NCBI GenBank assembly: GCA_028534125.1
Contig: CM052817.1
Coordinates: 84,260,001 to 84,324,000, forward strand
Length of the DNA: 64,000 nt
DNA from: Lama glama
Lineage: Eukaryota
Direction of reading: 5' to 3'
Each line of letters starts with the position of its first letter. Within the stretch, counting starts at the first letter, position 1. Both the position numbers and the translations under genes were made by a program. The notes below the pieces were generated by a model. That model had not been told where the DNA came from. It did not search any database and saw nothing but the letters and a program-made list of their open reading frames with translations. Below are positions 1-11,345 of this stretch, one piece after another.

Positions 1-1690
1 ACAATATAAAATAAGAAGCCAAAAGTATGTAAACTTAAACTTCTGCTTAGTAATGAATATTTTAGTAGTTTATCTTACTTAGAAATGATCTGTCTATTTT
101 AACACATACGTGTTACTTGACTTAGCATAACTCTAAGGCTGCAAGTTACCAAAAAGACTTTGGAAACTGTGTTAAGGAAGACATGTTATTAAACAAAGTT
201 AATCATCATCTCAAGTTATTACCCTGTAAATTATTTTGATAGCATGTGCACGTTAGGCAAGTATCACAAGAGTAAAACCTATAAAGGTTAAATACATGGG
301 GTTTTTTGTTTTATGTGCTGGATATGCATGAAATAGTGGATAATGGTATCAAAACATTTATTTATACTACATCTTTACTTGACCAATTGTTCTCAGGTTG
401 AAATTATAATTTTTATAATCTTAAACATCTAGTTGTTATAATATTATCTTCTTTGACTTACCTTATTGGACCCAAGTAAAATTAAAATTTTACTTAATGC
501 TGAAATTGTGAAGACATAGTCATTTTTATTGAACCAATGATACCAAACTAGTTTTATTTATCAAAGATTTACTCAAGTCACATGAACTTCAAAACCATTT
601 GAGTTAGTTTTTAAATTTCTGAGAGTTTTAGGAGTAACTTATTTATATAAGTGCTTATTTATCTCTAAACCAATTTGAGAACTATTTTATGGGATTTTGT
701 AAGTTAATTTGGTAATACCATCCAAAGGTAGAAAAATGTCACGTGTATATGGCATATATACATATATAAACACATACAAGTATATAGACACAAATAGAGA
801 CCTAATAGCTTCCATTCTAAAATTTTAGCTGTGAGTTTGATAAACATAGTAACATAAACTTGGTGATTTATAAGAAGTAGCTGGGCCTCATCTTTGGTCC
901 ACTTTCCATTTTTATCTGAATTGTGTTTCTGGTGAATAGAGCAAGTTGAGATTACCTACTCAATAGAGAGCTAAAGGATTTTACCAGTATTTGTGGAGGA
1001 AACATGAAGACTTTCTTTTGCCCTCATACATAATCTTAAAGAGGCTCTTGACTGAATTTTAGGTGAGAGACTGAGCGGAGATCAGTCAGTTGTCTGAATG
1101 TTTCCAAAGCTCATCTGAGTGGATGAAATATCCAGTCTGTTTACAGTAGCCTTTTTCCCCTTTTCAGCCTCAGATAGTTGCTTCCAGGGGTTCCTTAGTC
1201 CCTTGAGAGCCCCCCATGGGGGCAAGGGGCTTAAAGTTCTATTGCCTGTGGGGAGTTGGGGGTCTAGAGGGGAAAGAAAAGGTCTAACAGGGGTAGCTGG
1301 AGGGACAGAGGAGGCGGGAGTTTGAAGGTGGACGTATCAAAAGATTCAAGGAATGAGGGGAAGAGTGAAGGTGAAAGGCAGAGGTCTTAGATGTGCCAGT
1401 TCAGAGAGATCTTTAGTTCCAAATTATCCTTTGTAAAATCATGCCAACAAGAGAGGAAATGGACAGTTAGTGCAGTAATGGTGGAGCATATAGTTAGCAA
1501 GAGTTTGAGAAGGGCATTCCAATCAACTAAGTTCTTATGGGAGAGGCAGGGTCAAATGGAGAGAACAAAGAGGCTTCACAAGGTGCCAGAAAAGAAATTT
1601 CCTGCCCAGGAGTCAGGGAATAAATCTCCATTTGAAACAAAGAGCCAAGGAGAACTTCCACTCCAGAGCTCTGATGATGAATCTTATCCT
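1..1690 (-). mobile_element. Degenerate ERV1-class (MER4/MER31-group-like) internal sequence, 5' leader portion; continues off the left edge
   Basis: AT-rich sequence resembling recalled MER4-group internal consensus. Directly abuts a PBS-like 18-mer (1691-1708) and an LTR end (TGTTAAAG at 1713). No intact gag/pol ORF. Confidence 0.6.
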
Positions 1691-1708
1691 ATCTAAGTTA
1701 CAGCAACA
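1691..1708 (-). other. Decayed retroviral primer-binding site, tRNA-His type
   Basis: Minus strand reads TGTTGCTGTAACTTAGAT, 13/18 match to the tRNA-His PBS TGGTGCCGTGACTCGGAT; three of the mismatches fall on CpG positions. Lies 4 nt from the LTR end. Confidence 0.65.
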
Positions 1709-1712
1709 TAAC

Positions 1713-1917
1713 TGTTAAAGAAAAATGTACTCCAACACTTGTTAAAACAGTAAGGAAGACTTTATTCAGAACTGTTTTGAAAGGTATCAAGATTGGCAAT
1801 AGGGGAGAATGACAGGGCTCAACTCTAAATACAGCAAGTATGAGTGGAGATTTATAGCTAAGAGGCAGAGGCTGTGGGAGTCCGTGGGTAAAAATTTACT
1901 AAGAGGAGACAACAAGA
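1713..1917 (-). mobile_element. ERV1 LTR (MER31/MER67-like), U5/R side, interrupted by L1
   Basis: Begins TGTTAAAGAAAAA...GTAAGGAAGACTTTATTCAG (AATAAA on minus strand)...GGGCTCAACTCTAAATACAGC, resembling the recalled MER31-type LTR consensus. Confidence 0.65.
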
Positions 1918-2788
1918 CACATTATTGCTAATTACCAGAGAAATGCAAATCAAACCTACAAAGAATTATCCCTTCACTGTGGTCAGAATGGCCATCATTA
2001 AAAAGTCCACAAACAATAAATGCTGGAGAGTGTGTGGAGAAAAGGGAACCCTCCTACACTGTTGGTGGGAATGTAAATTGGTGCAACCACTATGGAAAAC
2101 AGTATGGAGATTCTTCAAAAAACTAAAAATAGACTTACCATATGATCCAGCAATCCCATTCCTGGGAATATCTCCAGAAGGAACTTTAATTCAAAAAGAT
2201 ACATACACCCCAATGTTCATAGCAGCACTATTTACAATAGCCAAGACATGGAAGCTACCTAAATGTCTATTGACAGGTGGTTGGATAAAGAAGATGTGGT
2301 GTGTGTGTACGTATATATGTACATACACAAAGGAATATTACTCAGCCATAAAAGAATGAAATAATACCTTTTGCAGCAACATGGATGGACCTAGAGATTA
2401 TCATACTAAGTGAAGTAAGTCAGACAGAGAAAGACAAATGTCATATGATATCATTTTTATGTGGAATCTAAAAAATGACACAAATGAACTTATTTACAAA
2501 ACAGAAACAGACTCACAGACATAAAAAACAAACTTATGTTTGCCAAAAGGGAAAGAGAGGGAAGGGATAAATTAGGAGTTTGGGATTAGCAGATTCACAC
2601 TACTATATACAGATTAGATAAACAACAAGGTCCTACTGTACTGCACAGGAAACTATATCCAATAGCTTGTAATAACCTATCATGAAAAAGAATATAAAAA
2701 TAATATATACATGTATAATTGAATCACTATGCTCTACACCAGAAACTCAGCACTGTAAATCAACTATATTTCAATTAAAAAAAAAAAA
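1918..2788 (+). mobile_element. 5'-truncated LINE-1 (ORF2 C-terminus, 3' UTR, poly(A))
   Basis: ORF 1925-2359 translates to the L1 ORF2 Cys-rich C-terminus ([30 protein letters not shown]...YDPAIP). Followed by an artiodactyl-type 3' UTR and A12 at 2777-2788. Confidence 0.97.
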
Positions 2789-2931
2789 GAGTAGGCAGAT
2801 TCTCTCTAAACTGACTTCGCAGGCTCCTTGCTGGAGTTGGGTGGTGCAGCAGGGTGGGGGCCACAGCTGAGGCCTGGTCCCGGAGAGGTTCGGAGGAGTT
2901 TACGGTTTCCTCGAGGAGCGAGTGTTTGTTG
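2789..2931 (-). mobile_element. Remainder (U3 side) of the ERV1 LTR split by the L1
   Basis: GATTCTCTCTAAACTGACTTCGCAGGCTCCTTGCT...GAGGAGCGAGTGTTTGTTG continues the MER31-like consensus after the L1 tail. Confidence 0.55.
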
Positions 2932-3074
2932 GTCCCTTGAGGATCTGCTCTTGCCTGTGAGCATCCCAGTGCCTGAGAAAGTGGGACGTTAAATAGCAAA
3001 TAAGAAAACACCATGAAAGAAAGAGACAATAGGAGAAAGGAAAAAGCTTTATATTTTGGTAACTTTAATGCCAT

Positions 3075-3164
3075 TTTTTCCTTGCTTTTTGAACAAGGGG
3101 CTCCTTGTTCAAAAAACGAAAATTTTCATTTTGCACTGGGTACACAAATTGTGTAGCCAGCCCT
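3075..3164 (-). mobile_element. MER45-like hAT-Tip100 terminal fragment
   Basis: TTTGAACAAGGGG...ATTTTCATTTTGCACTGGG...AATTGTGTAGCCAGCCCTG matches the recalled MER45 terminus. Confidence 0.6.
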
Positions 3165-3523
3165 GTATACATCCTAAGTAGCATGAACACATGCTCATCC
3201 ATTTCCTTGGGATTCTATTTCCTCAGCCATAAACTAGAGAAAAGTTTAGCTTGAACATCCTTCTTGCCACAATATGGTTTCCTGATCTCCTTGTGAATAA
3301 ATGCTTGGACAAGACTAAGCATGTATCTCCCAGGAAAGAAATAATTTTTAGGCTTAGGGCAGTTGATTCAGAATAATTTAGATGATGGAGGAAAATATTT
3401 TCTATCTCTGAAGAGGTATTATCTATTTCTGATAAGGAACTAATTTAAATGGCTAAGCAGAACGTTGACATCAGTTTTTGCATTTGTATTGTTTGCTGGT
3501 TCAGGGCTTCCCCTGAGGGGTGA

Positions 3524-3889
3524 TGCTATGGTCTGAATGTTTGTATTCCCCTCAAAATTCATAGGTTAAGAGTCTAACCCAAGTGTGATGGTATTTGTAG
3601 GTGGGGTTTGGGGGAGGTGCTTAAGTCATGAGAGTGCAGTCCCCATGAATGGAATTAATGCCCTTACAAAAGAGGCTCCAGAGAGATCCCCTAATCCCTT
3701 CCACCATTTGAGGGCACAGGGAGAAGCCACCAGCTGTGAACAAGGCATCGGGTCCTCACCAGAACATGACCATGCTCTACCTTGCTTAATCTTGGCCCTC
3801 CAGCCTCCAGAACTGGGAGAAATAAATTTCTGTTCTTTATAAGCTACCAGTCTATTGTATTCTGTGATAGAAGTCCAAGTGGATTAACC
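3524..3889 (+). mobile_element. MaLR solo LTR (MLT1A-like)
   Basis: TGCTATGGTCTGAATGTTTGT...CCAGCCTCCAGAACTGGGAGAAATAAATTTCTGTTCTTTATAAGCTACCAGTCT, typical MLT1A ends; ~365 bp. Confidence 0.9.
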
Positions 3890-5957
3890 CCGGTGGGGAC
3901 TAACTGGCCTTACATTTGTATTACTAAAAGATTTACCAAAGTGGTACTTCCTGAACAGAAATGAGTACTTGACCTAAGGACAAATTCTGCTTCCCTTCCC
4001 CCACCCCGAATGCAGAGGCAGTCCCCCAGTTTGCAGATTTCCAACTTCTAACAACTTGAAGAGCTAGCCTCCACCAGTTCCCTGACAGCAAAAGCTTTTG
4101 CTGCTGTAATTAATATACTAAGATTCTTTGATTTTATTTTTACCAGGCTTTATCTGTGTACCTTGTGTCACACTTTTCTGCTTTCTGAACTTGTTCTTCA
4201 ACAGATTTCCTCACTTTCTCATTTGTAGAACAGGATAAACTTCACAGGAGAGGTGAGAATGGCAAAATGATCTCTTCTTTCTGTCTGCATCATAAGTATT
4301 TATAAAAATAGGTCATATCTTAGTCTCTGATTGAGTAAAATAAGATAACAAATGGATTGAAAGTCTAGTGTTTTCATACTGAAAAATTACTGCTTTATGA
4401 AAACTTCATCTGCACCAGACAGAGAGTGTAGGGAGTGATTACTCATTCTGCAATCTAATCTTCCCTTTTTCAGAATTTGCTCCAAATTTATACCTCAACC
4501 TTTCCTTTCTTTCTTCTCTAGCAAATATTTTCCCATTTCAGCAGGTCTTACAGTCTGCTGATATAAACACTTCAGCTTTAGAGTTTTTATGCCTGAGAAT
4601 GACATTGTGACTGACACTTCATTTAGTTTTTAAGACTTCAGAGTCTTAATCTTAGAACAGCAGTTTCTTCTAGAGGGTTAACATCAATAGTTGATAGTGG
4701 CTCTTTCTCTCTAGTGCATTGAGAGGTACTGTAAAGGCAAATCTAAGATTAACAAGCAGAAAATCATGGTAGATTAGTGCTGTCTAACCTGAGAGAGGAA
4801 TGGGCAATGATGGGCAATGATGCCCCATATCTTCTAACCTTTTTTTAGCCCAAAAGGAGGGTAATATGACATTTTCCAACACGATGGAGGAAACAGCCTA
4901 TGGTAGGAACAAAAAAGGAAGGTAGTTTGGATTGAGAAGGACTTTTAATGCCTCTAAAATCTCATCTCTGCCTACGCCTTGGCTTCTAATTATGTGCTCT
5001 CATGGTTTTACCTCCTCAGGCCACTAACCTTTGAATGATTCTCTTGTTTTTATATAGAACCAATGATGGAATGGGTAATAGAAGATCTAATATAAGGTAT
5101 AATACCGATCTGTCAAATGTGACATTTTAATCAAGCCAATTTGACACATTAAATAAACACAGATGCCTCTTCAGGGTTATGCATGTCTCTAGAATTTGTA
5201 GGGAAGGAGAAAGAATAAACAGAGATCAAGACCAGAGAGTGGACTTAACCCATGTGTTTGAACATCTTAGACTACTGATCCTGCTGAAGCTGGAGGTGGG
5301 TGGCATGGTTAAAGTGAAAGGGAGCCAGGCCAGTCAGAAGACCATGATAACTTCAACTTTCATGAAGAAGCTGACAGAGGATGGGTTTAAAGTTTTGGGC
5401 AAAACGAAGCTTGTACTTTGTTTTGCCATACCTCTCTCTGATTACTGATAATAAGTTTCAGGATATTTAAAATGAAGTTATGTATCAATCTTCTCAAATT
5501 CTTTGCTTATCCTTTAGTTGTTACTTTAACTTATCATGATAGTGATGTATATTTGACATGGGTTTTCCTGAAATCTGGCATGAGCCTTTTGATTTGGAGA
5601 CCACCTGGTTCTCATCAGTCTATAGGTAGCAATATAGAGAACCTGAGTTCTTTAGCAGATTTCTGTTGAGTTTAAAGATGAAGGAAGTTTAAAGTTTAAG
5701 GATGGAGGAAGGCGAGATCGAGCTTTGCTTAAAGAAACCCCATGACTAAACCTAGGTTAGAGTCTCTGTTAGATGTTTTTGAATGGAAGTTCAATTTCAA
5801 AAATTGAACTGGGTCAGATTAACTTTAGAGGACCTCAAGGTTTCCGGGATACTTCAGAATCCCAGAAAACTATTTCTCTTCTGAAGACTAAAATCAGGAT
5901 AATCCTGGAAGTCAACCAACCAACTAAGGGGAATCCTGACAATAGAAATTGACCCTA

Positions 5958-6101
5958 GGGGAGGGTATAGCTCAAGTGGTAGAGTACATGCTTAATATGT
6001 ATGAGGTCCTGGGTTCAACACCCAGAACCTCCTCTAAAAATAAATAAACCTAATTACCTCCCCACCCCCAAATAAAATTAAAGAAAGAAACAAGGAAAGA
6101 A
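5958..6101 (+). mobile_element. tRNA-derived SINE (camelid Vic-1-like)
   Basis: GGGGAGGGTATAGCTCAAGTGGTAGAG (A box)...GGGTTCAACACCC (B box), A-rich tail. 14-bp TSD AGAAAT[T/C]GACCCTA at 5944-5957 and 6102-6115. Confidence 0.9.
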
Positions 6102-6355
6102 AGAAATCGACCCTAAAATAGCTTGTCACTCTCAAGGCTACCTCAGTCTCCTCCAGAGCTAACACAGAAGCAAGCCAAGCAGTAGTTAGATACCCAATTC
6201 AGTGTTTTGAGCAATAGATGAAGTATATGTTAGGTTAGTGGACATGGGAAATCCTTTTGGTCATATTATGATGATTCCATTTTATATTCTTTGAATCGGG
6301 AAGACTACAGAAGGAAATTCCTCAACACAAATCACAGTGGCTACCACGATGGCAG

Positions 6356-6403
6356 TGATGCTTAAGAAATGTCATGATGCTTGAGAAATGTCATGGTGCT
6401 TGA
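6356..6403. repeat. 19-bp tandem repeat, ~2.5 copies
   Basis: TGATGCTTAAGAAATGTCA / TGATGCTTGAGAAATGTCA / TGGTGCTTGA. Confidence 0.85.
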
Positions 6404-8359
6404 CACCCAGGCTTTTTGAACTGTGTGTCAAAGTATTTGTGTAAAGTACTGGTGTAAGGGTCCTTTCTGCAAAGATTTCTATTATCATTTTCACTTTCTT
6501 GAAAATAATTACTGCAGGGGGAAAAAGGCCAACTAGAAAGCAGGAGTTTAACCTCCTAAGTTTTTGTGCCCCATCTGAATTTGCTTTATAAAATCTCTCT
6601 GGAAAAACCAGGAATGTGAATTTAATGGCCTGAGTGGGTTCTTGCTTTGTAAGGCTACAAAGCAGTATGTTGAGAAAGCTTAGTGCTCGGAATCACCCAA
6701 TGTACTTTATACATTTATTTAGAGAAGAAGAGTTCAGTTTTAATTATTTATGATAATAGCTCTCAGTACACTAGTAAATGTCCTTGGGTGCATATTTTGT
6801 AAAAGTAATGAAGTCTTTGTAATGCAAGCTTTCTCATCAGCTAACCTGCCCTCTCTTTGCAAAAGAACCAAAGCAGAAGAATGTGTCTGTGTTTTTGTAC
6901 AAGAGTGTGTATAAATTACCAGGCTTGAGGTTTAGCAAGATGCTATTGAACTTGATTGAGGATTTCCAAGAACTATCCCTGACTATACTCACTGCCCCCA
7001 TTCCCCCAGTCACCCTCCCTTCCAATCATAACATTAGCAACTTGACCAAAGGAAATATCACCGTGAGGTGGGTGAGCAGCCAGTCGGAATATTCTTGTTG
7101 TTGTTGTCTTTCAGTGTTTTTCTTATTGTTCTTCCTTTGTTGCTACAATCTTATGGTATTGCAATAAAACACATAGCAAGAAAGAATATAAATCTACTAT
7201 ATTTCCCTCTGGCCTAAGTTATAGATACTCTGATTTATAGATAAGTCTTATTACGTCAAGGATCTTTGTTTCTTCTTTGGCTTCTTTCTTCTTTGGCTTC
7301 TTTCTTCTGCTCCTCTCCCCCATTTGCAGTGCCTGGCATTAGCTCCCCCCCACAACCTCTGGGAAACTTCTACATACCAAAACCATTGGAGTGTCCAGAG
7401 AATAATCAACATGTGTGGAGCAAACCCGACACAGTTTGATTTAACATTTACAGCTTTGCTGTTTGCGGGTGCCCTAAAAGGTGCCAGTGTGTTGTCATTT
7501 GCAACTAGAATTCCTATTTCATGTGAGAGTTACATGAGATGATGCCTTTAAAGTACTTTTTAGGAAAGAATCAGCTAAACTTGAAAGCTGGTGGGTAAGA
7601 TTCATACAGCTAGTGAACAAACCTGGTCATGTCTTAATTGCTGAATTTTGGAGATTTGGAGACTGAAGAAGTCTCTAGATAGAACCCTTAAATTGTTACT
7701 GTAAAAATGTTAATCCATTTAGGCTCACCATCAGTCCATAGGCTCAAAGACAGGGACTGATTATTAAGAAAGCTGTATGTAAGTGCCTCATACTCAAATG
7801 AGATTCCAAACAAATCATCATGATTTCAACAGGAAAACAGTTCTAGTAATAACAAAATTATCCATCTACCAAATAGACAAGACTTCTGTGTGAGGGAAAA
7901 AGACTGATCAATTTTGCTTTAAGTTCTGTCTCTAGAAAAAGAACCTCCTGGACACTGGATTTGAAATAAATGGGTCACCAATGAATTAGAGGCACTGGCA
8001 GAAACCAGCTAACCTGTCCATGGGCAAGTGGCTGACTCCCAAGAGGCAAATGTAGTGCATGATTGCCATGAGGCAATAATGCCAGAAAAGACATGAAGAG
8101 AATAGGACTGATCAGGCCACCTGCTACATGTGGATGGGCACAAAATGGGGAGCAGTTTCTATAACTAATGGCAATGCCACCTACCCATCAAGGATGAAAT
8201 GCCAGCTCATGGATGCAACAGAAGGGACAATGAAAAATGCTTCAGTTAACACTTCTATTCACAAATTTTTCTCTTTAAATGAAAGGAGACAGTTGTAGTT
8301 ACCTACTGCCATGTAACAAACTACTCCAAAATTATTGGCTTAACTCACGCCATTAAAAT

Positions 8360-9460
8360 AAATACTTACAATTTGTGTTTAAATCCTTTAGTTCATAATG
8401 AGATTCCTCCCTTCTCCCCCCAAAATACAGATGCCCAATCTTACTGATCACCTTTGGAGGATGCTGGGAATTATACATTGTATAATCCTGGAGGATTATA
8501 CATTGGCTAATGTATAATCAGGCGAATACAGAGACAGAATTAAGAACTTATCCTGTCCTTTCCATAAGATCTGCATTTCAGTATAACTAAATGTTTGATG
8601 GGGAGATGTTCTTTTCTACAAAAACTTTCCAGCTAATAAACAAAGAGGCCAAAAAAAAAAAAATAAAGATGGTCATTTGTAGTCCCTAATCAACTACCGA
8701 TTCTAAGCAATGACCATCAATGGCTGATGTCATGAGACAATCAGACATTATGTGTCTCCTGATAGACGTGTGCAGCACCATCTATGAAGTCATCTTGCCA
8801 GCAACACCACACACACATACAGCCTTGACTCTACTCAAGCCTTTAGATCTAACCACAATTTCGCAGGAAACATAAGAGACAGTGGAACATATTTTCTTAA
8901 AAAAACATTACAAAGATGCAATCAGCAAAAACTAGACTGTGGGAAACTCAGTAGGTAGAAAAAATTTTCTTCACTTAAAAAACAAATTACAAGGTAAAAT
9001 AGAGTGAGGGAAGGAAGGGAAACTGAGGGATGGGGTAGAGAGATAAAATACTTTACAAACAATTGCAATGTATGGACCTTATTTAGATACCGACCCAAAG
9101 AAACTGTAAAAAAAAAAAAGAAAAAGAAAAAAATTATAAGATATGTGAAGACAATGGGGGAAATGTGAACACTAACTGGATATTTGATAATATTAAGGGA
9201 TTATTTTTAATGTTTTTAGGTGTGATAATAGTATTGTAATTATATATATATATTTAGAAGAGTCTTTAGTTTTTAGAGATACATAGTGACATATGTGTAG
9301 GTAAAATGATGTACTGTCTAGGATTTCTTCAAAATAATCAGAGGTAGAACAAAATTGGCTATTTATTTATACCTGAAGAAGCTAGGCAATGTATACACAG
9401 GAAAATTTATACTGTTCACTCTATTTGCATGTGTTTGAGAAATCCCATTTAAAAAAAAAT
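8360..9460 (+). mobile_element. Ancient L1M (L1MC/ME-type) 3' UTR
   Basis: Motifs CAGACATTATGTGTCTCCTGAT, GATGCAATCAGCAAAA, ACTAACTGGATATTTGATAATATTAAGG, TTTAGAGATACATAGTGA. Boundaries approximate. Confidence 0.7.
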
Positions 9461-11144
9461 AATGGAAACCACTAAAAGAAATGAAACATCATAGCTTCCA
9501 AACCAGAATAGGGTAAGGGGAAGACAGAGAGGACTGGGATGGGGTAGGGGGGAAGCACAACATTAAACATTATCAATCTAATAGAGGCAGTAAAGAAGGA
9601 AGGGGGTAAAGTTGCCCAAATAGTCTCCCAGGAAATGAAGGCTCTTTATTAAAGCCTCACATGGCAATTCTTAGACTCCACAAATCTCGCCTCCATAGTA
9701 AAAGTGCATTTTGAGCTAGGACACCACGTTCTAATTCTGATCCTCCCTGCGGCAAGCCATGAAGCTCTCTGGGCTAAATTGTGCATAGATCCTCAGGCTA
9801 TGTAAGAAGCTGACACCCTTTGGCCATTGGCAGCTTTGGGGCAGGTGGCTGGGCCTGGAGATTCGGTTTGCACCACAAAGAAAGCAAAGCCAACTGGGTC
9901 GCATGAGGAAGTAACCTGAGCCCTTAAACTCTAACCTGCTGAGCTGGCTTTCACCCTGCCCCCTGCTGCTGTGGCTGTGCAGGGAGAGCCTAGAGCTGTG
10001 TGATCCAATGGCCAGCCCCTAAGACGCAATTCCAAGGGCATCGTCTCTTACAGACTTTTGAAATATGAATTGGCAAGTTGCTAGTAAGAGTGATCTTCAA
10101 CCTATTTGAATGAAAATAAATGTCAAAAGAGGGGTAATGGGGTTGGAGATGTGAATGCCACAAAGACTGCTGCATCTTAGTGACTCTTTTCAGAGGGCAT
10201 GGGAATCTTGAAAAGGAAGAAAACCTTTCCTCACTCTCTCAAACACCGATGTGAATTTAAGCTCTTTTCTTCTTTTCAGGTTCATCCTTTCAGGTGCTTT
10301 TTATTTTCCCACATATTCTCTGATTTTTTTTCCTTTGACTTCTCCTTTCAGAGTAGAACTGTGCTTATTGCGTCTACTAAGCACTGTATTTATTCCCACA
10401 TTTCTCCCTGGATATGCAGTTTCTTATGGCATTTCCCTTCTCCATTCCTGTTCCCATTACTTCTTTGTCAAAACTTGTTCTTTTAAAATAAAAAAATTCT
10501 CCTCATCTTTTTCCTCTGAATCTTTGTACCTTATTCTCTCTGAAACTATGGCTTATTCTGTCCTTGCTCTTGTCCCCTCTAGTGCATAAGACGTCCATCA
10601 AAGGATTAAGTAGCGAAAAGCTCTCAGAATAAGGTCAGGGTGTGTTGTGATGTGGAAAAGCTTCTGTAGTAACTGTGCTTTATTGGTTGAAGTTGTTGTC
10701 CTTTTCATCCTCCTGGGGCATTCACTAGATATGTCTGAATCTTTCTTCATTTTGCTCATAAACACTCACAGGGCTCTGAAAGTCAGATTGGCTTTTCCCT
10801 AACTTGCTTCTCAACTTGATTATCACCTTAAGTGGCATCTAGTTGAGGATGAGAAGAAAGTATTCAGAAAATGAAATAGAATGAGAAAATAAATGACCTG
10901 TGTTACCTATCAAAACTGAGCTTGAGCTTTGATAAAGTCATGGCTAACTTTTTCTGTGGGAAATTGAGGTACACCAGCACAAACACTGAATAATATATTT
11001 TGATGATGAGTGTCTAGAGCTGTTCTAAAAAAGGAAAACTATTTGAAAGAAAGTTTAAAAAATTATATTAAAAAAGGAAAGTAAAAAAGAAAACAAAGTA
11101 GATCCACAAATTACTTGTTCGGATAGAAATAATAAACTTACATC

Positions 11145-11345
11145 AATGCTGTTCTAAGTACTTCATACATATTTACTCATAATCTTCTTAACAAACTTAT
11201 GGGGTAGTTACCATTACTAGCCCAACTCTGCAGATAAGAAAACTGAGGCACAGAGAAGTTTAATCTCTTATTCATGGTTACACAGCTATTAAGTGGTAGC
11301 CCTGGGATTTGACCCCAAGCAGTCTGGCTACATTGTCCATGTAAT
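11145..11345 (-). mobile_element. MIR SINE
   Basis: Core CAGATAAGAAAACTGAGGCACAGAGAAGTT...GGATTTGACCCCAAGCAGTCTGG. Confidence 0.85.

Noticed and set aside
1925..2359. 144-aa ORF as a host gene (likewise 16159-16482 and 38582-38917)
   Set aside because: These are sense or antisense readings of L1 ORF2 fragments.
4850..5900. Possible decayed L1 ORF1/HAL1 or pseudogene on the minus strand
   Set aside because: Only faint motif resemblance; cannot be supported without a profile search.
5958..6030. tRNA gene
   Set aside because: Has A/B boxes but no proper acceptor stem, and carries an A-rich tail and TSD, so it is a SINE.
6356..6403. CRISPR-like or regulatory array
   Set aside because: Head-to-tail tandem duplication with no spacers in eukaryotic DNA; similar slippage duplications occur at ~4801, ~7270, ~17682 and ~41357.
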